Shown here: piece after piece, positions 52,245 to 64,000 of the stretch
How positions within the stretch are numbered: position 1 is the stretch's first letter
Layout of the letters: the number at the start of each line of letters is the position of its first letter
Source of the DNA: Octopus bimaculoides
Taxonomy: Eukaryota
Length of the DNA: 64,000 bases
Assembly: GCF_001194135.2 (NCBI RefSeq)
Contig: NC_068986.1
Span: 7,291,040-7,355,039, forward strand
Direction: 5' to 3'
Translations under genes and position numbers: made by a program
The notes under the pieces: generated by a model
The model's input: only the letters and a program-made list of their open reading frames with translations
Told to the model about the DNA's origin: nothing
Database searches by the model: none

Positions 52245-52280
52245 GAGAGAAAGAGAGAGAGAGAGAAAGAGAGAAAAGAG
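52205..52280. repeat. (GA)n/(GAGAAA)n purine tract
   Basis: direct reading. Confidence 0.9.
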
Positions 52281-53063
52281 ATGTGCTTGGTATTTTAGTT
52301 TTTGAAAATTTGATATGCAGAGGAATGAAAATCATTTCAAGGAAAGACGAAATACATTAGCAACAGATTTACGCAATTACCAACCAATATAATTTCTCTC
52401 AGCTGGAATAATTATTAATCTAATCCGATCATGTACGTTACCAAAACTATCCCCCTGTTTTGATTTGTTGACTTCATTGGTTCGATTGTATTAAGAGATC
52501 ACTTATTTCCATTTGAACCTATGTCACCTGAATGATAGCATTTTTTTCAGTTTTGCAGTTAATTCAGCGAAGAGAAGGATTCGTTACAGTCGTTACAACT
52601 AGTTGTGTGATAACCGAATGGGAAATAATAGTAATTCTTGTGGCGAGCATTTCTATCGAGTTACAATACGAAAATATAATTGCAGACTGTTTCAAAGAAA
52701 AGGCACAGTGAGTAGCTTCTTGTAAAGACGTGGAACAAATAGCACCAATTTTACAGAGCTATCAGCATTGCATTAAATATTGTGATTACATTGCTGAAGC
52801 AGTTTATGAAGAGCTGTTCTCATCGATCAACAATTACACTGATAGGCTCAAATTCTTAGAATTCAAACAAGTTTCACGATAAACTACTCACAAAACGACG
52901 AATATAACACACTATTGAGCACTATATTGTGTATCTACAAGATTTGTTCCAACACAAAAATCTTCCCCCGTCTCCACACACACACCACATATTTATACTT
53001 ATATTTATATATATGTATACACACACGTATGAATATTTACCGTAACATACGTTTATATACACC

Positions 53064-53121
<58 letters not shown>

Positions 53122-54828
53122 ACATACATCTACACACACATATGTACAACACTAAATTAAAAGAGACGGTTTCAATGATAATTATACAATATCACCAACA
53201 GGAACTTGAAACATCGAATGAAATCAGTCTTAAAATAATAATGCACTGTCTAAGATTTCTCCTGGAATCATTTCAAGGAATGAGAAAACATTTTGAATCA
53301 TGGGTTTCTATTGGTCTCTAGCAGAGGACAATACTAAGAATAGGACAAAATTACGAAGCAAATACAGATGGTTGTAGATATGGCTGAGTACAGTCAGGAA
53401 GTTCGTTTCACAGATATTGTGCTGTTATTGGGCAAATGATTGCTACGGTAGCCAAGGGTTGATCAATAATGCGTGATTGTAATTTGATAGGTGAAAACGG
53501 GGATAACACTGTTGTATATACAGTATAGGCATACATAATGTGGAATTTTCGAAGAAATTTAATGCCGCAAGGAATGTGAAAAAGCCATTGTGAATGAATG
53601 CATCAATATCTAAACAAGTGCCAACTGTCTTAACGGGAGTGGCTAAGAAGTAACATGGATTAACTGATAATCCGCATGAAGTTGTCTTTTCTTGAAGACA
53701 ACTTTATGTGGATAAGAATGAAAGAACATAGTAGTGTAAATTTAAATGGGGGATAAGTATTAAAAATAATATTGGTGCTAAGAGAAACTGAATATGTTAT
53801 TTTAATAATATGTAATACGAGATGATGCATGCGACATTTAAAAAGACAAAGAAGACTGAAGAATTCAAACACAAAGTAGACAATTTCTTTTATCCCTCTA
53901 AAATCAAGAAAATACGAAACCGTCATATTCTTGGTAGGGGTAACATAACTTCCTCGACTGTGAATGTAGTTTAATGAAGTATATCATTTTTCTAAAATAC
54001 ATTTTTATCGACGAGGACTTTTTAAAAGTAACAATTTCGAGCTCACATTCTGCTTGACTAGACTCAGCCTTTCGTAGTTGTTAAGGAAAAAATTATCTAT
54101 CGATACGTTATTACTCCTCTTTTGCTGTTATTTCCTGAATAGCTTTTCAGTATGCTTGATTCATGATCATTGCTTGAATAATAACCAAGTAAGATCTATT
54201 AAAATAAATTGATGTTCTAAAGAAATGAATGGTTATAACAAAATATCAAACAGAAAAGGATGTATTGAAATACTGACATATTTTCCCTCTAAGCAGATTT
54301 ACAAAATTCTTTTACACCTTATTTATGCTTTTTAATTTTTTTTGTTATTTTACTTAAAACAATTTTCTCCGTTTTCAACTCGACACATATTTCATGCTCA
54401 TCATTTTATGATTTTTATCAAGTTATTTCATGGAAGTTTTGTAATTATAACTTACTGGAGAGGATTTAGAATATGGCGCCAGATAAATACCACTTTTCCT
54501 AGAAATCTATAATTATAACTTTGACAAAAATGCAATAAATATATAAGATTATCGACCTAAACTTACAGCGATATAGATAATGTTTCTTAAATTCTCTCTG
54601 GCCACATTTCAATAGAAACGTTCGGGTATCAAAAGAAGCTATGTGTGGCATGGACTAACAACTACTAATCAATAAACATGATTAATATATTTTATTTTAC
54701 TTCTGTTTGGAAAATGTATGTAAGAAGAGACTATTGCATTGAATAGCACAATGTTGGCGTCCTTAACAAAATTATACTACTCCTCTCAGATTAAAAGCCG
54801 GAGAGAGAATTGTAACGTATCTACATTC

Positions 54829-54896
<68 letters not shown>

Positions 54897-54964
54897 GATA
54901 AGCTTGAAATAGAAGACATATTTCAGTTGAATAAAGTAATAACAAGGTCGAATGTTATGGATTA

Positions 54965-55012
54965 AATTGAATATAGAAAATAATTGAATATAGAAAATAA
55001 TTGAATATAGAA
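54965..55012. repeat. 17-bp tandem repeat x3 (AATTGAATATAGAAAAT)
   Basis: direct reading. Confidence 0.9.
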
Positions 55013-58000
55013 CCGATAGAAAAGTTGTATGTTTTCCATTGATATTTTTGTCAATCCGAGTAATATTGCTTTTTGAACATTAACACACTCACCCACATTC
55101 CACAAATGCTACAGACAAAGATACACAGACAGGCATGATTTCAATAAGCATAGTGTTATTAAATAAAACTCTTCTGTCAATTTTTTGCTCCGGAAAAGTA
55201 AGGTTATTTTCTAACGATTTTGACAAGGAATAAATAAATGAGGTTAGGAAGTGAGTAGGTCGAAGAGAAGATGACGAATATTGTAAATCAATATTTTATT
55301 TTTGCTAAAAAAAAAGGTTATATTGAGTACGACGTCCCGATAGGAGACACTGGTAAAAAATGGTATGTCTTTTCATAATGCCTGCAACAGAATACAGTCA
55401 AAATTCATTTTTTCAGCTGAAGAAGTTTTGCCTGTCATTTTAATATTAAAAGGAGTTTATCAAGTTTATAACAGTTTCTCAAGTTTAAAAGTGTGTGCAA
55501 AGAAATGTATAAAGAAATGTGTGTGCAATAAATCTGACCAATGAGATGAAGTTGCTGTAATAGCTGTTTCTATAGCTAATGTATATGTACAGAGAAATTA
55601 TAGAACTAGTGTTGGCCAAATCTCAAGGTAAAATCAATGTTTGTTAAATATATATGTAACGTGTAATGGATCGAGCCTAAAAATGAACCCATTAAACATA
55701 TAACATCAGAGAAGAGATTTCCAAAGAAGATCTCAAATGTCTTTATTCTACATTGAAGAATGGAAGCTAAATGGAATCCGTTGTGTCCAAAATGGTTTTA
55801 TAATAAATAAAATAGGTTTCGAATGCGTGAATGAAGCACGTGGCTGTTGTCAGGATATAGGTTTATTGAAAAAGGTGTTATTCCATGAAGTACTTGGATT
55901 GCTTTTCTGTCACTACTTGATAAAAAATTGTTTCAGTATAAAATGATTCGACATCCAGATTCCAGTAAGAAAGTAAATGTCTCCATATAAGATTATGCCA
56001 TTTCATCTTATATCGAATCACATACAATACTACAAGAATAGTCGTAGTTATTAAAAGCATTGAAATTACAGTTACCTACGAAAAACACATGTAAATCCTT
56101 AACCAGTTCTTCGCTATTTTCATGCGATATTCCTCAGAAGTTTTGTGACTGAATATCAATCATCGGAGATAAAGAGAGTTACTTATGCTATGCTTTATTC
56201 CTTCAAATTTATATGATGGAGTTGGAAGTCTTAAGCTAATAGAATACCCCAAGCATCCAACGTGCCAAGAGTGAGTTATTGGCAGCCATAACGCTGGCAG
56301 AAGTTTTGGATTTTGTAATTGATAAATCGGAAAATGGTTAATCACTTATCTCTTGTATTAAATGGAACACAGACATCAATCTCTAATTCATAGTTTACTT
56401 ATTGAAGTGATTTCTGGATATCAAGGATGGTAATTGCGCATGTTCAACGCTAAAACGTTTTGATGAGATACATTCACCCTCACACGACATCGGGAATCGT
56501 CCACTCATCTGAATCGACTCCAACATTGCAAGAGAAAGTTGTTGATTGTTTCCTCTATGTACTTCATATGTTGAGAGATAACAGAATTATCGTTTACAGT
56601 TGCGCTCTGAGTTCAGAATAGAGAAACTTTTTGAAACTATAGTCAGCGGAAGAGATGGGTTCTGGAGATAGATTTATGATGACACAAATAACGTACGAAA
56701 ATAAACAAACTATTATATAAATATTGTAGCTTAAAATATTTCTTATCGAAAATTAAGTTTTCTGAGAAACAAAATATTAATCACGATCCTCGAAGACGGA
56801 GTTCGATTGTCGTTGCTGTTTCACGCAGGCGAAGCATTAAGAGTAAGGAGAGAAACGTTGGTGAAATCTCCAACAGAACGACTGCTTTAGTCACCATCAA
56901 GAGAAAGAGTTTTCGATATCGTTAAGTAACTATCGAAGTTTCTGCTTGGAGGAAATCATCTCTGAAGTTTATTCCGACCGCATCTACTTGAGTATGTAAA
57001 ATATTAAAATTTTAGTTCCATGCGCTAACGCCACAATAAAAAGAGTTTTTATTAGAATGCCTGGTCCGCAAAATTATCACAAAGTTCTTCGAGAAGCGTT
57101 ATATTTTTGCATGGATAAATATTTCACGAGCTGATGCGTGAAAAAGTAAATAAACAGTTTTAAAAACAAAATCAAAAATATTACACAAAGGGAGAAATAT
57201 TGAATTAAAATGATAAATTACTAATGCAGTTATTTTCATATTAAATCATGTTTCTGTTTATACTATATCTTGTTCACAGATTTTTCATGGCGTGAAATCA
57301 AAATCTAAAGGAGTTTATATTTATGCATAACTAATTCAAGTTCACTTCATTGGTTCTTTGTTTATTTACCAAGTTATATAAACAGTGAAAATATAAAACA
57401 GAATTAACAATCAACACATTAGTTTGACAGTTCATTATGTAAAAATATATTTAATGTTTAAAACATGTTTGTCTAAGCCAATATCAGATTTCTGCAAAAC
57501 AATAGCGTCTTTGTAAATTCACATGACTGATAACACAGCATTATAAAACTATTTGTTTTGCTTCGAGACCAGAACCACCAACTCGTTTTTAGGTTCCTTT
57601 TGAATTTAATACTCTTCTGCTCAGTATTGAGAGGTAAAAGTTGACACATAACCACAAATTTTGAATTTTATAGTTTATTGATTGCTTCTTCGGGATTTAT
57701 AAAATACGGCGTATGATTTGTAATGATATTAATGTTGTTTCATATAATATAATCTTTTGAATGTGACATGTGAATAAAACTGTCTTAAAAGGCTTTATTT
57801 AACTTAGAAAAATTAAACGTCGAGATTATAAAACTTACCACAAACTTAAATATTTGAGTGACTAAAAATATATTTAAGAAATTTTGAACTCGCTGTACTC
57901 AAACATTAAATTTTGTAATTAAATGAAATGTACCTAACACACCTTATCGCATTTGGAATTTAGACAATACGAGCTACAGGAGTTTTGTTTCATGGGTGAA

Positions 58001-58394
58001 TTTAAAATTAAATTATAAAAATGTCAAAAGAATTGGATTTAAAACTATAAACAAGCAACTATTATCAGCTAGCATCTGTCAATTCAAAGATTAAAGAAAA
58101 TTATATAAGAAAATTGGAAAATATATTAAAGAAATGTTTGAGAAAATAAGAGAAAAAAAAAGAAGCTAAACAAAGACTCAAAGAAATAGAACAATAACTT
58201 ATATATTCACCCCACCACATGTGTGTATGCTTGTATAAGCTTTGGAATACATAAAACAGACTCACTAAAAATAATTTATATGCAAGAAATAAAAGACAAA
58301 TTTTAACCACAATGATATAATGAATTAAAAATGCATAGAGAAACATTGAAAGAAATACAATAAAACTTATAAGAGAAACAACCCAAAATATTCT

Positions 58395-58606
58395 TTTTTA
58401 CTCTAAGCACAAGGCCCAAAGGTTTTGGGAAGGGGGCCAGTCGATTAGATCGACCTCAGTACGCAACTGGTACTTAATTTATCGACCCCGAAAGGATGAA
58501 AGGTAAAGTCGACTTCGGCGGAATTTGAACTCAGAACGTAAAGACAGATGAAATACCGCTAAGCATTTCGTCCGACGTGCTAACGTTACCGCCAACTCAC
58601 CACCTT
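58395..58606 (-). mobile_element. SINE-A
   Basis: near-consensus reverse copy (TTTATCGACCCCGAAAGGATGAAAGG..GGAATTTGAACTCAGAAC). Confidence 0.9.
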
Positions 58607-58739
58607 AAACCACCCAAAATATTGACAAAAGACATTTGCATCTATAGATGAATGAGACGCATATGAACAGCCTCAATACAGTAGGATTAAGAAGTAGGAG
58701 AGATTAAAACGTAGGAGAGATTAAAAATTATATATTAAG

Positions 58740-59690
58740 AAGCAGAGAAGATAAATTTTGGAAATATGAGCGCTTCAAAAGCGGAAGAACATCCCTGGAA
58801 GACGAAGAGCGATCTGGAAGACCTGTCACGAGCGTCATCCCCGGAAATGTGGAGAAAATTCATCAGCTTGTACGTGAGGATAGTCGGAGGGCAGCCAACG
58901 ACATTGCTGACGTTGTTGGTCAGTCGTATGGGTTCGTGCAGGCAATGATAACGTATGAATTGACCATGTTGCATGTCTCTGTCAAGTTTCTCCCCCACCT
59001 GTTGACTACCGAGCAGAGAGAAAATCGTGTCGATGTCCCTCAAAATCTCCGTCAGCGTGCTGCTAACGACCCACCCTTCATGTCGAAGATCATCACCGGT
59101 GGTGGCGAGAGTTAGGTCTAGGGGTGTGACACTGAGACGAAGCAGAAGCCATCACAATGGAAGAGCCCTTCATCTCTATAACCGAAGAAGACACGACAGA
59201 GCTGCAGTTCAATCAAGAGCATGCGCATCATTTTTGTCTACATCTGCGGGATTGTGCATCGAAAATTCGTCCTCCAGAGCCAGACTCTCAACGGAGAATT
59301 CTGCGGCGTTTTGAAGCGTTTGATGGAGGATATTCAGCAAAAGCGACCGGATCCGTGGAGCGCAAAGAATCGGATTCTTCACGACGACAATGCATCCTGT
59401 CGTGAGTTTCTCGCCGAAAGCAACATGGTATCACTTCTGCACCTACCCGATTCGCTAGATTTAGACCTTGCAGACTTCCATCTCTTCCCCAAGATGAAAA
59501 TGCAGCTCAAAGATCACCATTTTAACACCACTGTCGAGATCCAGAGCGAATCACAGAAAACGACTTTCAGGCCGAATTCGAAAAGTGACAGGGACGAATT
59601 ACAAAAATCGCAATCATTATTTTGAGAAATTAATAGTAAAAAGTTACGGTCCTTCAAAGACTGAAATTTTGGCTAATTTTTAGTCATATC
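58740..59690 (+). mobile_element. mariner (DD34D) transposase pseudogene
   Basis: RFKSGRTSLEDEERSGRP, KIITGGE, ILHDDNA, DLDLADFHLFPKMK; stops and frameshifts. Confidence 0.95.
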
Positions 59691-60039
59691 CATTCATTTT
59701 CTTCAATATAATGGATAGCTATATATAATTTTGTGTTTAACTTTTTTTTTCAAAATGTGATTACGTCAATTACGGCAAATTAGAACTTTGTTTTGTAAAA
59801 ATCTAATGAAATACACAAAGATTTTGAAGGTAAAAACGTGGATTTTTCTCAAAATATGATACAATATGTTAGAATGTTTTCTAACCGTTGCTGTAAATAA
59901 GGCAATAACTACTCGCTTTATTATTTATGATTTATACTCGGCAAATTTAAAAGCTTAGTTTCTGCTTTTGACGAAATAAATTAGAGATGAAAGAAAAAAT
60001 AACGTATGCAATAAAAATTTGCGTCACAAATTCTAACCC

Positions 60040-60098
60040 TCAACCATAATCTGTAACCTTAAATTCTAACCTCGAACTCTAATCTCAACCCTAACCAC
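60040..60098. repeat. degenerate telomere-like (CCCTAA-type) repeats
   Basis: CTAACCCTCAACCATAATCTGTAACC..CAACCCTAACC. Confidence 0.5.
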
Positions 60099-60641
60099 AA
60101 GATGGTTTCAACTGGTTGCTATGGGGACATAAAAAAAATGTCTGTTGGACAGGATATCAAGAATGGATAAAAGATGATTCGTTAAACTTATAAAAAAATT
60201 CAAATCAATAAAAATTAAGTAACTTTTTAATTATCTCTAAATGTAATTAGCACGAATTTCGCAATTAGCATGAGAAACAAAGTGTGTCGAAACTCAAGAA
60301 AATTGGAAACGGTAAGCCAAATTGAACGTTTTTCATGTTTCTATCAAAAGTTTGACGATTCGGTCTCTCTTTACTTTAACAATTTTTCTTTTAATTGAGA
60401 CTCTGGGAATTGAACTTGTGACTTAACAAGAGGTGATAAGAACTGTTGAATTCTGTTTAATGAAACAAAATTATAACACATCAAAGATATTAGCACTTCT
60501 CTAAGCATGGGTTAACTTTAGATATTTGTATTCAAGGTTTTTAGAGTTATAAAACCTTTTGTGACGTCAGAAAATAAGCTGCAGATGTATTCATTAAACA
60601 TTATTTACATTTGACGGATATTTGTCCTCATCTTGTTTGTT

Positions 60642-60687
60642 AACACAACGTTTCGGCTGATATACCCTCCAGCCTTCGTCAGGTGTC
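60642..60687 (-). ncRNA. minimal type-I hammerhead ribozyme (intact core)
   Basis: GACAC-CTGACGA-A-GGCTG(GAGGGTATAT)CAGCC-GAAAC-GTT-GTGTT; palindromic AACGTT helix III. Confidence 0.85.
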
Positions 60688-60761
60688 TTGGGGAAATTTC
60701 GAACCTGGGTTCTCATTCCTAACGATGTTACTATTATATTATTATTACTATTATTAATCAA

Positions 60762-60835
60762 GTGGCTGCCGTGAATCGAACTCGGAACCTTGGGGTTAGT
60801 AGCCCGCGCTCTTAACCACTACGCCATATGCCCGT
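60762..60835 (-). other. tRNA-like Pol III module inside the PLE 3' region (not a functional tRNA)
   Basis: A-box TGGCGTAGTGGTTAAG, B-box GAGTTCGATTC; anticodon and acceptor stems poorly paired. Confidence 0.7.
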
Positions 60836-61312
60836 GGGCAATTATGGTGTGAATTTTAAGGCTTATAAATCTATTATTTTTCTATCCTTCCTCAATACCG
60901 GTTCCCATATGCTATTCATATCTGCACTCGGTCTGCTTAGGAGGTTGTTGTGTCCTAGCATATGTGCTGCTTCTTTTAGTTTTCGTATTTTCCAGTGTTG
61001 TTCCCTGTCTATTATTTTAACTTCATCCCACAGGGGGAGGTGGTTTCCATTTTTCCATACATGATCAGCTATACCCGATTTATCAATATCTCCTCGTGTC
61101 ACAGCTTTGCGATGTTCTTCTACCCTTATTTTGAGGGGGCGACATATTTCGCCTTTGTATAACCTACCACAGCTGCATGGGATGGAGTACACGCAGTTTT
61201 TGGTCATATTCTCTTCTGTTGATGGTTTTACCCGAAGGAGATATTTGCAAAGTGTTGTATTGTTCTTGAATACTGCCCTGATGTCATATGGGCCGCATAT
61301 CTTTTCAAGTTA

Positions 61313-62090
61313 AGGTGATGGAGAGGCATTCCAGAAAGTGTAAGAGAGTTTATAAACTCCATGGGATAATTCTGGGTTGCTTCTTCATTATCAGAAATTA
61401 CTGAGTCGGTGCTTAGATATGTCTTAGTTTCGGTGGGTAATCTACTTAGAATTTCTTCATTTACTGCTAGGCAGCCCAAATTTTTAGGGGATAAGATCAT
61501 TATTATTCATTTCTTCTGCTGTACAATTGTCAAATATATCAAATACCAAAGAATTGTTACATATGCATGCCTCAGGAATACCAATAGTATCTTCTGCGAG
61601 ATTATCAATAGAGCTTTGAAGAATTCTACTTCCAAGTTGTAGTAGCCACCTCGAAAAATCTTGTTCATTTGTATTTGTTCTTGTGTTTTGCGTAAGTTGC
61701 ATTTGATGAAAATTATCCCACACAGAGGAGCGTTTGAGGCAGGCAGGAGAAGCTCTGGTAGCAGCTGGAAGAACTTATCTATAATCTCCTCCTAGTACGA
61801 TAATTTTTGCACCAAATATACTGTTACTATTCATAATAGCTCTTAAACAATTAACTATAGCTTCCAAAGCATAAAATGGGATCATTGAAGCTTCGTTAAT
61901 AATGAAGACTTTTACTCGCCTAAGAATATTTCCTTGATCAGAAATTGGTGGAACATTGCACACACTTGTTTTACTCAAAGGAACTGGAAGCTTGAATATA
62001 CTGTGAAGAGTTTTACCTCTTTTCAAGAGTGTTGTAGCAATGACAGGCCAGGAGTCAAGGGTAATAACTCGAATCTAATCCTGACATCTC
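61313..62090 (-). mobile_element. Helitron Pif1-family helicase fragment
   Basis: GKTLHSIFKLP, IINEASM, FGAKIIVLGGDYR, WLLQLG, ILSPKN, NSLTLSGMPLHHLNLK. Confidence 0.9.
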
Positions 62091-62144
62091 CCTTAGCCAA
62101 AAAAAACAAAAAAACACAGACGGTGCAAGCGTATAAATATATAG

Positions 62145-62742
62145 ATCCTTTCTACTGTAGGAACACAATCTGGAATTTTGGCGAAGGGAATAGTTGATTT
62201 CAACGACCCTTGTGCTTGACTAGTAATTTATCAACTCCGAAAGGATGAAAAGCAAAGTCGACTTTGATGGAATCTGAACTCAAAACGCAAAGACGGACGA
62301 AATGCCGTTATACATTTTGCACGGTGCTAACGGTTCTGGCGGCTGGCCACCGTAATAGCAACAATAATTCTTTCCACTAAAGGCAAAAAACCTGAAATTT
62401 GTGAGGAGGGAAAAAGTCGATCATACTTAATTTATCGACCCCGAAAGGATGAATGGTAAAGTCGACCCCAGAACGTAAAAACGGTCGAAATGCCGCTGAG
62501 CATTTTGCCCGGTGTGCTAACGATTCTGCCAGCTCGCCGCCTTCAAATGATCCTATCTACACAAGACCTGAATTTTGGGAGGAGGGGACTAGGCGATTAC
62601 ATCGATGCTAGTGTCTCACTGGCACTTAGATTATTAATCCCGAAAGGATGAAATTCAAAGTCGACCTCGAAGGAATTTGAACTTAGAACGTAAGGACGGA
62701 CGAAATGCCCAACGTGCTAATGATTCTACCACCTCGCCACCT
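62145..62742 (-). mobile_element. three tandem SINE-A copies
   Basis: CCGAAAGGATGAA..AAAGTCGAC occurs three times in reverse. Confidence 0.9.
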
Positions 62743-62756
62743 TACTACTACTGATG

Positions 62757-62769
<13 letters not shown>

Positions 62770-62788
<19 letters not shown>

Positions 62789-63460
62789 GGGCATATTGGA
62801 ACAGATGAATTCAATGTCAGAAAATTGGTAACAAATCTTTAATAGAAGAGAAAATATTCCTGAGAAGCAAACACTAATTAAATTTGCAGATTAATTGAGA
62901 GACAAACAAACAGAACTATTAACAATACAAGTGCTTATGTTGAACAAAGAGGAATTCGGAGGTGAAAATCATAAAAGTAGACAGAATCTGATTGAATGGA
63001 ATCGTAAGGTAAGGTAAATGAGTATTACATAAAATTAAAACTGAGATTAGAGAAGCAAATAACTTAATTAATGGATGTGAAGATTATGTTAGTGAAAATT
63101 GAGAGAGCGAGGAGAAGAGTTTCGAGAATAAAAGATTTGTCTAAACAAATATAATCATCAAAGTAGATAAAAAGAAGTTAAACCTGTGAAAAAAATAGTT
63201 AAAACTTGAAAGGAAGTACAAAGTAAATCACAAAGCAAGTCTGAAAAGGGAGACAAAATGGTTGTTAGTAGCAGCACAAGACCAAGCATTGAGGACTTAT
63301 TGGATAAAAACCAAGATAGACAAAAACCAGGTAGATTCTAAATGTAGGTTTTTTAAATCAAAAGAAGTGATACTCATATAGTAAGTGAATGTAGCACACT
63401 GGCACAGAAAGAATACAAGAAAAGACATGACAACCTAGGCTACATTCCAATGGCCAAAAA
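62770..63460 (+). mobile_element. R4/Dong-like fragment
   Basis: LLVAAQDQALRT..CRFF..HIVSECSTLAQKEYKKRHDNLG. Confidence 0.85.
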
Positions 63461-63719
63461 GAGAGATAATTATTAGGTTTTTAAACATTTTAAAATACCA
63501 ACGACAAGACTGAGCTTCTACGTCGTTGTTTGAAATGTTAGGAATAACAGCCAAATCTCTATCAAATTGCTAAAAAACGGAGGGAAACGTAGAATAACGT
63601 AGTCAACGTTTTGATTATTGCTGGAACGTTTTTGATTCCAAAGCTCTTCGATAATTGTTGACAGGGAATTAAACACAGTCACAACAGCTGAATTCATTGC
63701 TCAATAAAATAATTATTTA

Positions 63720-63925
63720 AAATTTTTTACCATAAGGGCAGCTTGTGGGAGGTAGGAATGAGTTGATTGCATAGACCCCAGTGCTTAGCTGGTATTTAAT
63801 TCATCGACTCAACAGGATGAAAGGCAAAGTTGACCTCGGCAGAACTTGAAATTTGAGCGTAAAGGCGAAAAATACCGCAAAGCATTTTGTCCGATCCGGT
63901 AACGATTCGACCGGCTTGTCGTCTA
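63720..63925 (-). mobile_element. SINE-A
   Basis: GGATGAAAGGCAAAGTTGACCTCGGC. Confidence 0.8.
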
Positions 63926-64000
63926 AACAACAACAATAATATGTCAATTACATTAAGTTAACTGTATCTCGCTAGTTTACGAGAATTTGAATTTTGCTCA

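Larger units (their letters stand above)
60600..61312 (-). mobile_element. 5'-truncated Penelope-like element (GIY-YIG domain plus 3' region)
   Basis: VYSIPCSCGRLYKGEICRPLKIRVEEH..SGIADH..RKLKEA; open from LEKICGPYDIR to the stop at 60863. Confidence 0.95.

Noticed and set aside
57839-57861. 23-nt minus-strand microexon (TTTTTAG|..GTG|GTAAGT); also a 41-nt plus candidate near 57593-57633
   Set aside because: Very AT-rich context, no linked exons and no recognisable peptide; such matches are expected by chance.
60762-60835. Possible tRNA-Ser gene
   Set aside because: Acceptor and anticodon stems do not pair properly; treated as a tRNA-derived module.

Overview
AT-rich eukaryotic genomic DNA with five assembly gaps and many microsatellites. 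The SINE and microsatellite content resembles an octopus-type (cephalopod) genome; this is inference from repeat recognition, not a database result. I found no intact host gene that I can name, and most listed ORFs are microsatellite or transposon artefacts. The window is mostly decayed mobile elements: Penelope-like elements (PLEs), R4/Dong-, Hero-, L1/Tx1-, CR1-like and RTE-like non-LTR retrotransposons, mariner/Tc1/pogo and hAT DNA transposons, a Helitron helicase fragment, MITEs and several tRNA-derived SINE families. Most interesting signals: (i) up to seven minimal type-I hammerhead-ribozyme-like motifs, most at PLE 3' ends, including an intact one next to a tRNA-like Pol III module and two copies with a variant CUGU core; (ii) a CR1-like LINE and a SINE sharing a 3' tail with a compensatory stem-loop change; (iii) a coordinated strand-polarity switch of SINE-A, Dong elements and (AAT)n tracts between about 17 and 29 kb; (iv) an inverted telomeric-repeat palindrome; (v) three weakly supported minus-strand exon candidates. 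TE boundaries are approximate.
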